DNA of 64,000 nt, taken from NCBI GenBank assembly GCA_964016885.1, contig OZ024743.1, forward strand, positions 262,384,001 through 262,448,000. Direction: 5' to 3'. This DNA comes from Eledone cirrhosa (taxonomy: Eukaryota). Positions 27,083-40,566 of this stretch are shown here, in pieces. Under the pieces are notes generated by a model. It saw only the letters and a program-made list of their open reading frames with translations. It searched no databases and was not told the origin of the DNA. Numbering within the stretch: position 1 is the stretch's first letter; each line of letters opens with the position of its first letter. The position numbers and the translations under genes were made by a program.

Positions 27083-28145
27083 ATGTAATGAAATATACTG
27101 TCTATATGTGTTAATTGATTTTGATAATTTGAAGACTTTAATGAAATAACCACCTTATATACTCAAATATAAACTGACCCCATATTTTGTGTCTGAGAAA
27201 TATGTAAAAATCCAAACGTTGTTATAAACCAAGGCAGCTAATCAACACATTGTTTAGATGGTGTATATATAAGCCAATCTCTCATGTTACCATCGATTCT
27301 TTGGTCACTCGAGTACATATGCTAATCTTTTAATTTGTAAGTTGATGTTTGAAACATTATTTAACACAAATTTCTTAAATAAAATTATGATGGTAGGTAT
27401 AAATATTAGTATGAACTGTTTAAAATGTGTTTTCTGGCAGATTGGTTTCAAAAGGGTTAGAAATAACAACCAATGAATTAATGGATTTCTGTAGAGAAAA
27501 AAGGAAGTGCAAATTGATAGCATGGATTGTGGAGAGCTCTGTAACTTATTACTTATTTATATAGCATGGATTGTAGAGAGCTCTGTCAACATATGTCACT
27601 GTATTGAAGTAACTTGTAACTTATTTGTGTTGGCATTCCCCCAATGAGGAGCCAGTTCCAGCCAGTGCATATGATACAGTATCATGAGCAGAGGAATCAG
27701 AGACAGATGATGCAGATATTATCAACTACTTGTAATTCTAACAGTGGATATCATATAGGCAAAAAAACAAAAACAAAAAAAAACAGATGTCCACTTCGCT
27801 GTTTATAACCATCTATTTCAATTAATTAATGAAGAATTTTGTAGGATTTACTAAAAATTATTAATTATTTAATTGCTAAGATAGAAACTTAACAAATAGT
27901 TCTTACATAGAATTATGTTGGATGATTTTAATTGAAATAGGAAACCTTTTAAAATGTGTAGTTTTGTTCCATAGAACCAGTGATAGTTTGGGGTGGATTG
28001 ATATCAAAAGTAGTTACGTCTATTAACTGAAGCAAAATAGGGTAAATTCTTCTTGCATGTGTTATAGTAAAAGAAACAGTGATAGCAATAATAAAAGCAC
28101 AAGCTAAAGTACAACCACCTTACAGTGAAGCAACAATGGTATTAA

Positions 28146-28703
28146 CACTTTTATTATCATATTTCTAATGAAAGACACTGCCTATGATTTTCAAATAATT
28201 TTGAAAATAATGAAGCATTTGTGCAGGATTTAGTAATGTAACTAATTTTCTCATAATTAAAATAGTGTTTGGAGGATTACGTAAAATTTCTTTTATAACA
28301 TTTTGATGGATGGTTTTAATATAAATATATACATTTTAAAACAGGCAGTTTTGTATCATAGAACCAGGGGTGTTTTTTTTAAAGTGGATTGGTATTAAAA
28401 GGGTTACAATTGTGGACTTTAATATTCCTCAAATTGAATTCTATGTTGGCCTGGGATCTTAACCTTTTTGATACCAAATTGCCTTTGTTTCTATGATATG
28501 AAACTATTTATTTTAATGCATTTATAATTATCTAAAATCCTTCCATCATAATTTTATGTAAGAACCTTTATTAACAAACAATAGCTTAATAAATAAGAAA
28601 GTTATCTATGTTACTAAATCCCTGCAAATTATTGTTTATTTATTTTCAAAATGATTTGAAAATCATAGGCAGTGTCTTTCATTAGAAATATGGTTTTAAA
28701 GGG
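28146..28703. mobile_element. Two adjacent, oppositely oriented MITE P2 copies
   Basis: 28146-28403 (reverse) and 28463-28703 (forward), each beginning after a TTAA. Confidence 0.7.
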
Positions 28704-29804
28704 TTGTTGATTCTAGTGGAAGAAGGTGAAACTATGGTGAAGAATTGTTGATAGTGTTTGGTGGTGTGGGTGCATATTAGTGTATGTAGTGTTTGAGGGT
28801 GGATATGGTGGGTGGGAATTTACTATTTTTCATCATCTGACAGATACTTAGTAAAGCAATCAAAGTAACAACTGCCAGAAATATTTCTGACTATTAGGGG
28901 GTTATTTAAAAAATTTGGCAAGTGGAAGAGTAGGTGTTATGGGGTTGGGTGGCAGAAAGAAGGAAGGGAGATGAAGGATTTCTGATTCTTATCTGTTTGG
29001 GCATTAATTATTGAAGAATTCTACTACTATCACCAAACAATACCCTCTACACCAGCCCTCCACATGGTGAGTAGAGGAGAAGGGAAGGTAGAGAAAGAGG
29101 TTAACAGAATAAAAGGTATGAGGGAGTGGTATCAGCAGTACTTCTGCAGTGGTGGTGGTGGAAGGTAAGAACAGGGGTCTATGTTGTAATGATGGTTCTG
29201 TTTTCTCTCTCACATCATAAAAGAAATAAATCCCATGAGCAGAAAGAGTGAGAAATGGATGAGTTGTGTTGTGTGAAGAACTGGAGTTTGGAGTTAGAAT
29301 CTAGGGTAATGGGGGCAGGCAATACTACTATTGCTGATGATGATGATGATGACATTAAGGCTGATGAGGATGATAAAGATTAAAGAGGATGAGGATTGGG
29401 ATAATGATGCTCATAATAGAATAAAGATGAAGAGGATGATAATATTGACTATGACATTGATATACATTCTGAGGATGGGGAAAAGTAGATGCCAACTTGT
29501 CTGGCAAATCACATACACACACACATTCACACATACACACACATACACACACACATGCACACACAGACACACGTTCACACACACACACACACACACACAC
29601 ACCTATATTTCTCCACCCAGCTGTTTCCTTCTTCCAAAACAGATCCTAATTTATGGGGATTCCTGGAACAGTTGGAGAAAAATAAGAGGTTGAGTATGAA
29701 TTTATCTTTTTACTTTTTTGTAATAATAAATCATACAAGTGTGTGTGTATATATATACATATATATATATGTGTGTGTGTGTGCATATATATATATATAT
29801 ATGA

Positions 29805-29848
<44 letters not shown>

Positions 29849-30199
29849 ACAGGTGTGGGAACAACTGGAATAAAAAGAGCCAATACATAATGTGGAAGTT
29901 AAATATCTGTATTAACAGATTAACTTGGTGTATTACCAACAATTTCATTAGATGTAAACAGACACATCTAACTCTTCAGATCTGATAGAAATAAATGGCG
30001 ATAACTGAAGACATAGCAACATATTTATGGTTATAAAGAGCCTCCATTTGTTTGTTCAGATCATGTGACCATATAGTAAGATGGACAACCTTAAGGTGCC
30101 AATGGGTGCAGCATATGAATAAATTGACAATTTAAAGATATCAAGTACTAGATTGTTGTTTTGCAGATTATTTATTCTAGATACTTTAAAAAATATTGA

Positions 30200-30620
30200 A
30201 ACACACTAACAGTTCAGTGAAGATGGTCTGATAGTCTCAAGCTATAGAATGGTCATAAAATGAATCATTGCAGGAAAGATCTAATAGAGATCTTCAAGAA
30301 GTTTAGCCTTGCATAATTGTTACCATCAATTTAACTAAAGTTGATTTATTGGACATCCCTAGATCTCAAGAGAGAAAATTCTACCCCTGTAAGAAACTTA
30401 ACAAGGAAACCATTTACATCCAATAGTTAGAAGCCTAGTAACCAACATTAGAAAAAAAATCTCTAGTCTATTGTCCAATAGAAATATCCTTAATAAGGCT
30501 GAACCTCATTACAATGAGGTACCTGAAAGGAGTGGCTTTAACAAAAAGTATACAATGAAGATAGCTCACTCAACCCAAAGATGAAAGCATTAAGAAGAGA
30601 AACAATTATTACACTGCATC
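30200..30620 (+). mobile_element. Decayed Penelope-like RT (palm/thumb) remnant
   Basis: RKDLIEIFKKFSL...TINLTKVDLLDI...FYPCKKLNKETIYI...FNKAEPHYNE-like peptides with frameshifts. Confidence 0.6.
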
Positions 30621-32699
30621 CTACTAAATACTTCAGAGAAAAATCATAAAATGGATGTGTCATTCGCAGATGATCAACTATTAATTCAAAAATGTGTTGG
30701 AACAACTGTTCCGATTACTGGAGAAATCTATGAGTATGCAGGTGTGATGAGCCACACATTTTCTAGTCATTAGAAAAAGCAAAATGAATGCTTCACCTTC
30801 GAAAGAAGAAGAAAGATTGTAATCATGTTCCTGTAAATAGTTTTCTGGGAACTCATTGGTTTTCCTTTTTATCTTTTAGTCAGGAGAAAGGGCAGTGACC
30901 CTAACCCTTTACATTTCCATGGCCTCTGACACTGGTGGAAGGGATGGAGGAAGGTAATTTCAATCTGCAGACCTAACCTGTATTCTTTTAACAATGTGAA
31001 GCCATCTAAAGGTACGCAAGGATCAGGTGGCAGCATTAACCCTCTTGTTACCAATGCAGCTGAAACCAGCTCTGGTTCTATGTATGTAACAGAATCATCC
31101 ATTTTAAAGGGTTTCTATTTAAATTAAAAATTTCCAGCATAATAAAAGCCATATGTTAAATTACAATCTCAGTAATGAAATAATTAACAATTTTAGTGAA
31201 TCCATAAAAATATTCAATAATTAATTGAAGTAGAGTGATGGTTTAACACTTTTTCACCATATTTCTAACAAGAATATACTATCTTTGGCTTTTAATTATC
31301 AATATAATCAATGAGAAATTTAGTGAAATAACTAACCTTGAAAGGAAGGAATAAGTTAATCAAATTAACTCCAGTGTGTTACTGGTACTTTATTTTATCA
31401 ACCCTGTAAGGATGAAAGACAAAGCTAACTTCAGTGTGATTCAAAGAGAAGGTAAAGGGCTGTAACTATATACCACAAAACATGTTGTCCGATACTCTAC
31501 CGATTCTGCCAATCCACTGCCTGGACCTTCAACTCAATAATAAAATATATATATTTTACTACTAAAATCTAATATTATCTGTTACGTAATAAAATTTAAG
31601 TTCGAAGTTTGATTTTAAATTTGAACATTTTTATAGAGGTGGTTTCGAGTAGGTTGGTATCTAAAGGGTCAAGTCAATTATCAACATGGGACACAGCAGG
31701 ATTTGAACCCAGAATGCAGAGAGCTGGAATGAATATCACAAGGTGAATATCACTCTGATGATCTAACAATTCTGCCATTTCACCACTAGGGCATTTGCCA
31801 CATTAGTAATAATAAAGCAAAGGTGGTAATTTATAATAATAATAATAACAACAATAATGAAATTATTGTGTACAGTACTCAGGTGCACTACAACTCATCA
31901 AAGGTGCATGTATAGTACATAGAATAATATACAAATATTAGGAAAGTGAACAGTGTATGAGTCATGATATACATGTGTGCATATGTAAGGAAGAAATTTA
32001 ATGAATGAAACTGATTCCAGTACATGTTTAGTACATAATTAACCCTTTTGATACCAACTCATCCAAAGCTGTGTATGGTTTATAGGGATTCTATTTAAAT
32101 TAAAACCTTCCTACATAATCTAAACTATAATAAAGAAAGGTCTGTGGGATTGCATTCGGTTTATTTTTTTTTATCCTGTTTGTAAAATAAGTTGGATTAC
32201 TTTGAATAAATAATGAATGAATATTACATAATTTATCTACTAAATTTCGTAAACAAAAATAATTTCGTAAAAATAAATAATTTAAAATTGACTTCTTTTC
32301 AAAGTTGCACTTCCGGTATATCGTCGCCACCGCCACCACTTCAACTACCATATATATAGAAAGAGAGAGTGTGTGATGTCAACACTTCTGGTGGCGATCG
32401 CTTAAATAAACATACTAATTTTCTGTCACTAATTTTCTCCTAATGCAGTTTATATATAATATCGTCTTTTTTTAATGTATCATGGATTACGTTACAGATT
32501 ACATAAGACAGTGTAACACAGTCTTCGTTCAATTTCTGTTTATATTGTCAATTACAATTTTATTTGATGTATCATATCTACATGTATATATACCTGCGTA
32601 TAATATCAATATACACACTACACATACTAACAGAAGGGTGGTTTTTCTGCTAGTTTTATATAAGAACCTTTTAAGTTATGTTACAAATACAACCATAAT

Positions 32700-32995
32700 A
32701 ATTGTTTCTGATTTAGGTACAAGGCCAAGGGGAGGGAAAGTCGATTAAATTGACCCTAGTACATTACTGGTACTTTATTGTATCAACCCCATAAGGATGA
32801 AGGCCAAGCTAAGCTCGGTGGGATTTGAACTCAAAATGAAAAGGGCTGTAACTCCATGCTGATACCATCTTAATAATTGTTTCTACATTTGGCACAAGGC
32901 CAGCAATTATTCCAGCGCATTACTGGTACTTTATTTTATCGACGCCGTAAGGATGAAAGGCAAAGTTAACCTCGGCGGGATTTGAACTCAGAATG
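32700..32995 (-). mobile_element. Two tandem 5'-truncated SINE family B copies
   Basis: Repeated attgtttct...acaaggcca...ttactggtactttatt...ggatttgaactc. Confidence 0.8.
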
Positions 32996-35477
32996 AAATG
33001 ACACCAACTTGCCCAAAACCTCATCTGGTTCTATGAAACAAAAGTAACCCATTTTAATGGGTTGTCATTTAAGTTAAAACATTCCAACATAATTTTATAT
33101 AAGAACCATGTGTTAAGTTGCTATCTTTTAATAAGAATGAATGGATTCAAAAAGGCACTCAATACATGTGTGAAAGTGATGTCCGAACGAGTATCCTCCT
33201 AGTAATGAAATATTAATTTTACTAACCCCCCCCTCCTCCAATCTTCAATAAATTTATTAAAATACAGTGTATTTCATTAGAAATACGGTTACAATCAATT
33301 TTAGCAAGATGAAACACAAAAATAATATCAGTAGAATTTGAGCTAAGAATATATGAAACACAAAATTAAATACTGTAATGTATTTGATCCAGTTTTTTTG
33401 TTTGTTTCTTCGTTTGGCACTCTACCAATTTCCCATCCTCTATCCTAACAACAACGATAACAATTCCTTAAAACATAAATATTAATTCGAAGTAAAGGAA
33501 GTGAAAAATGATTTAATTCAATATGTCTGAGACAGAAGCCCATTAATTCTTCTATAAGTGTGTCTATGTGTGTGTGTGGGGGGGAGGGTGCAAGGGGTGT
33601 GTGTGTGTGTGCAAGGGTGAGGGTGAGGGCATATGTGCTTGAGTATGTTGGTGTTTGTGTGTAAGTCTGAGAGCTTTATAAAAGTGAGATAGTGTATGTA
33701 TGAGTCTGTAAGAAAAGAAAAAAAGACTAGAACACAAGTATATGTGTAAGTATTATTTGTGTGTGTATGTGTGTATTAGTTTGTGTATGTGTGTGTATTT
33801 AGTCTCTGTGTATATGTATTATATTTAGTCTGTGTGTATGTATTATATTTAGTCTGTGTATGTATGTGTTTGTTTTTAGTTTGTGTGTGTATGTATTTAT
33901 ATTTAGTTTGTGTGTGTATGTATTGGTGTGTGCATATGTATTAGTCTTTGTATGTGTGTATTAGTCTGCAAGATATTAATGGTCACAGTTGGAAGAAATA
34001 GAGAGGAAGTATATCCTACCAGTTTTCTTTGCCTGCTGAGTTTTAATCTAACCTAATTTCTTCCCTATGGACCTGTTTTGGTTTGTCTACCGAAGAAGAA
34101 ATAAATAAATCATAATAGAAATAAATAAATAAAAAAAAAAATCATTTCCAGCCAAATGTTTGGAGTTTATAGTAACATAAATGTTACCCCATCCCACTCT
34201 TTCACCCTCTTCTTCCTGTCTACTTTCTGATGTTTTATAATATGTGTGTAGAATTGACCCAGGAGCCTATGATAAATGACACTTGCTCCAGATGCCATGC
34301 AGTGGGATTAAGCCAGGAACCTAACGATTGTGAGGCAAACTTAACCATTTATTTGTGCTGCATCCACACACACACATATATGCACAACCACATACGTACA
34401 CACAAACATGTACTTACATAGCAACTAAACAGATGAGTACAGAAGACAACATTTTATATGATTTTGTAAACAAACCATTAATTGTCGTCTACACTTTAGT
34501 ACCTAGGTTCAGGTGTAAATAAGCATGCACTGATGATCTGTAACAATAGTGAAATACAATACGTTCTCTATTCTTACTTTGATTGCTGAGGTAGCTGTGA
34601 TATATACACAACTTAAATTAGCAAGACTAAATGTATGTTTATCATCATCATTATTTAATGTGGATTTTCCCTGCTAGCAAGGATCAGAGGAGTTGTAACA
34701 GACTGGGTCAGCACTTAACTGGAACTACTGACCTCTCAGATAGGTCAGGAGCCCGTCTCACTTACATATGTTTCTGCACACTACTGAATAATCAGATGGA
34801 GCAAGAGGTATTTTATCACGGCACCAATTGAAGAGTAATCTAAGCCTTTTGTTTAACAGATTTTCTACAGTTGGATGCCCTTCCTATAACCAGTCAGTTT
34901 ACAGAGTGAAACATATTGCATATATTTTCTTATAATCTATCATTGAGAATCATGCAATGTTAGTGTTATCACTAATTAAAACTACCATTTATATTTGTGT
35001 ATAAGCTGAGAAATAAATGACAAAAAAATTGATATTAAACTGGTTTATATTCAAGACAGCATTTTATTGATTTTTACCAACTCCAACATTATGTAAAAAA
35101 AGGTGCTGAAATAACTGAATACTTCTGGTAATTTCCATGAGTGAAAATGACAATATTTAAAAACTTTTATCATCATAAACATAATGCACACATTCAGAAA
35201 ATATATCTGCAAAATATGTAATTTTACAAAAGATATGAGGAAACAAGTTGAAGTGGGAGCAGTACACTGTAGTTATGCATATACACACATATATATCTTG
35301 TCCATTGAAATACTGTTATGACAAATATATATATATATACAAACATTATTTTATAAATGTACTAAGACACTGACACATACATGCATAAATCATTTATACT
35401 TATGCATAGACAATGATATATACACACACTACCACATAAACAGACTATATATATACATATATATATATATATACATA

Positions 35478-35801
35478 TAGTTGTCTTCCAGTATTCGCAG
35501 GTGTTACATTCCTAGAGCACTCGTGAAGAGTGAAAAACTGTGAATATTGGACTTGGTCCTTATAAGTGCCTATAAACGTCAAAATATAACGTAAAACATG
35601 GTGAAAAAAGAGGGAGCATCTTATGGTATATTTAATAATTTAGCATTAAAAAAATATGTGTTGCCACGAAAAAAGCCATTAAAAAATCGTGGAAGATATT
35701 TATGATTCCTTGAATATGCGATGGTTTCCACAAAACATTATTAGTTTGGTTCCAAGGAAAATTCTGCAAACGATAGGGACCACGAATGCCAGGGTACACT
35801 G
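35478..35801. mobile_element. pogo/Tigger-type MITE
   Basis: TA-flanked; tagttgtcttccagtattcgcagg ... cacgaatgccagggtacactg as imperfect TIRs. Confidence 0.6.
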
Positions 35802-36232
35802 TATATGTATGCATATTTATTGTATACATACATGTTTCATTTGATTTGTATGTTAAATAAGAACCTGTTACAACCGAAGTATGTTTGTCTGCTAAAAAGA
35901 AGTAAACAAAATCTAAGACACTTATTGAAACTTTATGAAACAGATGAAGTGGTAAAAAAATCATTATGTAATGGAGTTGTGAATGACACTTAAAACATTT
36001 TAGTCATCGAAATATTAAAACTTTATAGAAATATTCTCTACTCAGGAGAATTTATAAAACTGCATCATCTAAACATAGTGTGTTGATTAGCTGCCACATC
36101 TTATACATGGGGTTTAGATTTTTGCTCATTTCTCAGATATAAAGGTGTGTGTATGTATGTGCGTGACGGGTCGGCATATATTCATATCAGATTATACTTT
36201 ATTATATGTAAATATATTGTATATGAGCTCAT

Positions 36233-36264
<32 letters not shown>

Positions 36265-36396
36265 CATCATCATCATTTTACGTTGTCTTTTCCCTATATA
36301 TATATATATAGTAATAATAATAAATTTGAAGACTAAAATCCAAAGAGGGCTCGATAAGGATAAATATATATCAAATATATAAGAACCGTAGAGCAA

Positions 36397-36525
36397 ATAT
36401 TTATTAAAATAACAGATTAAAGTTTAAGCAAAGAATTGCTGCTTTCACCCTTAACGGGATCTTCTGAAGATCCTATTAAGGGTGAAAGCAGCGATTCTTT
36501 GCTTAAACTTTAATCTGTTATTTTA

Positions 36526-36533
<8 letters not shown>
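36397..36533. repeat. 137-bp palindrome (68-bp arms) with a hammerhead-like core at its centre
   Basis: Symmetry centre t36465, 3 mismatches; plus strand reads CTGAAGA tcc tattaa ggg t GAAA; abuts (TA)n(GA)n. Confidence 0.9.
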
Positions 36534-36615
<82 letters not shown>

Positions 36616-36774
36616 GACTTTTACAGGACTAGAATTGTTTCATTTGTATGGAATCATCAGGAAATTTTTATAGATAATAAAGATGCCTATACTCTACCAA
36701 TGTATTGAGTAGCTTTATTAACTGTGATTGCCCCCTGGCATAACCCAGGAATCTATACATACATACATACATAC

Positions 36775-36878
<104 letters not shown>

Positions 36879-37119
36879 ATATATATATATATAATATAAT
36901 ATATATATATATGGGCCAAGAATACACACACACACATATATATAAGCATGTGTGTGTGTGAGTACCTGTGTGTTTGTCACGGATTTTTTAATAAATTGGT
37001 GCATCAAACAAAAATACCTTATTTTATTTATTCCATGCAAGTAATGCCAATTTAAACTGAAGGATGACTTAGCCATTCAATAAACAGGGTACAATAAAAT
37101 AAGTACCATACTGAAATAA

Positions 37120-37445
37120 TTACTGAAGTTGATGTAATTGACAAGAGAAAGGGTAGCGTGACATCAGGTGATGTTGGTCTAGTAGCTGAGAATCCTCAGC
37201 CATGTCATGGAGTAGATGACTTGGGTCTATTGAGGCCATAGTTACCAACCTGTATGCGTGATGCTCTCTATGAAGCGGGGCAGGAGCAATGCCTGAGAGC
37301 ACAGGTAGATATTTAGTTGGTGTAGGACAGAGACATCCAGTGATGAGCTCTAAGGTGTTGCATCTACCTTCTTAGTTTGGGAATTCCTGCCTCATACAGG
37401 GAAGGTGTGCTCTGTAGTAATGTAGACCAAGGCTAAGGTAGTTGT
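37120..37445 (-). mobile_element. Non-LTR retrotransposon C-terminal remnant
   Basis: Minus-strand TLELITGCLCPTPTKYLPVLSGIAPAPLHRE, a post-RT motif seen in several LINE clades. Confidence 0.65.
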
Positions 37446-38454
37446 GGTCCCTGAAAACTGATCAACAATCAGACAAAGGACAACAATCAGATACTGGAAC
37501 AGCACAGACATTGAATGGAATTGTGATAATCTCCAACAAAGGGTGCTATCCAAAACATTTGACTTCTTTTATTTCTGAAGCAAACAGAACCAGCAACAAC
37601 AATAGCTGGTCCAATAGGCTGCTGTTTCAATAGACCTTCAGAAATAGCTGGGGAGATCACCACATTCTTATTCCCAAGAGTAGTTGATATTCAAGCCCTA
37701 CCATCCAGCAGTATCACCCTATCTAATTGTGAGGAAAAAAAAAACAATATAAGGTTTGATAATTGGGGACAAAATGTGTGTAAACCCCACAAAGGGGACC
37801 TCACTTCACTATCCTGCGAGTGTGCAATGTGTCACTGAGATATCAGCTGAGTTAAAAAGTTAATAATGATGATGATGTAATACTATATGAGGTGGAAGAT
37901 TTGGGGTTGATACATAGGACACAAGTAAAGTATAGAATGTTGGTGAAGACTCCACAAATAATCTAACATCGTATAAAATCAGAACACATAGATGCAAAAA
38001 AAGATTCAAAAGCATCTTAGTAGGCACCTGTCTCATTACAATGAGAGGTAGGTGGACAGAATCGTAGAGTACTGTGATCTGACCTACCTGGTAAGATCTC
38101 ACCCTGTGTAGGTCGGCAGAATTGTTGGAGTGTTGTGATTTCAACTAGCTGGTTCTCACCTTGTATTATTTTATATTTTTAAATCATTTTAATCATCATG
38201 TATTTATTTTATGTTCTTTTGTATAAGCTGCTATATACAGCTTTTACTGATCTAGAAAAGGTATTTGACAAATATTTATATTTATATTTTTAACTGTTGG
38301 TCAATCAATGATAAACATTGATTACCTGCTAAATTATTTATAGAAATATATAAAAAATATATATTTATACTGAAACTAAACCAAACTGAACCAAACAGTG
38401 AGTGTGTTTACTATTTTTGGCAATATTAGGACAACATGACCCTTCCCAAATATA

Positions 38455-39100
38455 ACAATATTTGACAAAGTTCCATGATCCACTATCTGGTGGTCCTTTA
38501 AGAAATTGGGTGTTAATGAGTGGCTTGTGAGAGCAGTACAAGCCATGTACAGAGGTACTGTCAGTAAAAGTGAGTGTAGGTAATTAGCTTCATAAGGAAT
38601 TCAATGGGCAGGTAGGTGTTCATCATGGCTCAGTTCTCAGCCCACTTCTGTTTATTATAGTTCTTCAAGCCATTTCAGACTGGATGTCCATGGGAACCTC
38701 TTTTTGCTGATAAGGTGGTACTTATTGCTGAATATGTGCAAGAGCTAGTGAAGAAAGCCCTACTGTGGAAACAGAAATTAGAATCAAAAGGGCTCAGAGT
38801 AAATTTATCAAGGACCAAAGTTTTAGTAAGTAGGAAAGAAGACAGCACTCCAGTCCTATTAGGGAAGTAGCTATGTCTGATATGTAGAAAAGGGGCAGGT
38901 AGGAACTCTAAATAGTATATACAATGTAAAACATGGGTATATAAGAGATGTAGTGAGATCAACTATCTCATCAGCAAACAGAATTTCCCAAAGACATCAG
39001 GTCTTAAATACTTCTGTAATGGCTTGGGGGACTATAATAAACAGAAGTGAGCTGAGGACTGAGCCTTGGTGAGCACCAATCTGCATGTTGAATTCCTTAC
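38455..39100. mobile_element. Two converging RTE reverse-transcriptase fragments
   Basis: Plus 38455-38960: FDKVP..TIWWSL.KLGVNEWLVRAVQAMY...GVHHGSVLSPLLFIIVLQ...GCPWEPLFAD. Minus 38961-39100 repeats the HQGSVLS.LLFII...LFAD segment. Confidence 0.85.
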
Positions 39101-39599
39101 ACTCCTTCTGGGGTCAATAAAATAAAGTATCAGTCAAGTACTAGGGTCGATGTAATCAACACCCCGCCTCCACAAACACAAATAGTTCACCTTGTGACTA
39201 AGTGAGAAATTATTATTTATTTATTTCTAGAAAGTTTTGTGAGATATTCTTATTTTTATTAGTTTGGAAAAAGACAAATTCAGTTCGGTAAACTGCTTAC
39301 TTGATTACACAACACTAGAAAACACACTACATCACCATAGGCCATATCACACACCAGACCACACCATGCCATACCATTACCATACCATACTCCTCTCAAA
39401 AAAACTAAATTCTATAAGAAAAAAAAACAACCTAAAACCTTCAGTAAAACAGTTATATATTTTTTAAAGTGATAAAAGTTGTGTCAGACAGATTCTGATG
39501 ATGTTCCAATAGATGATACTGAGAGAAACACATTCCATTCTCATTTATGTTGTTTTGTTTTAACTATTATTTCAGTTGAAGTTTCACAGAGAAAAACTC

Positions 39600-39989
39600 T
39601 GTGTATGTGTACATGTCTGTCTGCCTGTGTGTATGTATGTGTATATGTGTGTATAGGTCTGTCTGTGCATGTATGTGTGTGTACATGATTGTCTGTGTGT
39701 GCGTATATATGTGTGTACATGTCTGTCTGTTTGCAAGTCTCTGTGTATGTGTGTATGCTTGTGTGTGTGTGTGTATGAGAGAGAGAGAGAGAATGTGAAT
39801 TCATTATATGTATAAAGTAAAGATGAAAGAGAGCTTGTGTGTGTGTAAATGAGTATACATGTTTATATGTATCTGTATATATATATATGTATGTATGTGT
39901 ATGTATATATATATATGCGTGTATGTATGCATATATATGTATATATACATACATATGTATTTATCCATATATATGTATGTATATATATA

Positions 39990-40037
<48 letters not shown>

Positions 40038-40045
40038 TATATATA
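39600..40045. repeat. Compound (TG)/(GA)/(TA) microsatellite field
   Basis: Direct reading. Confidence 0.92.
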
Positions 40046-40519
40046 GCCATACATTTATGTATTTGTTCTGCAAGATTCTTGATATGAAATCATGTGTTGA
40101 AACCGATATTGTTATATTTGGAGGTGGTCGTGTTGCCAATATTGCAAATATAAAGAAACACACCATATAATTTTCACTTTATCTTTATCTTTATCATTTG
40201 TTGTTCATTCATTTGTTAAAGTTCTTTCACCACACACATTCTCTGACTTCCTCGGTGACTATCTTCTTTGTACCTCTTCTTTTTCCTGGTCTTAAAATTC
40301 ACATATATATATATAGTATTAGTTATACTATTTATGGTTATGTAAACACAAAACCTTAAGCAGTTGTAAGTATTTTACACACACCCTAAATAGTAGTAGG
40401 CAGTAATGTATTACTACCTTATTACCAGTAAGTTAAGTAGCTCAATGTAAAAACATCAGATGATTTACAGAGCAGTTATATGAAATATAAGAATCAAAGA
40501 ACTGTTCAAAACATTATTG

Positions 40520-40566
40520 TGCTTACAGCTGTTTCCTCCAAACCGAGGTTTGGATTCTTCGGAGCA
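40520..40566 (-). ncRNA. Mirror copy of the hammerhead-like motif, left arm
   Basis: Exact reverse complement of 42163-42209. Confidence 0.65.

Noticed and set aside
36611-36667. Minus-strand CTGATGA...GAAA in a small repeat also seen at ~23768 and ~22433
   Set aside because: No stem I or II pairing, and the boxes are not conserved in the other copies.
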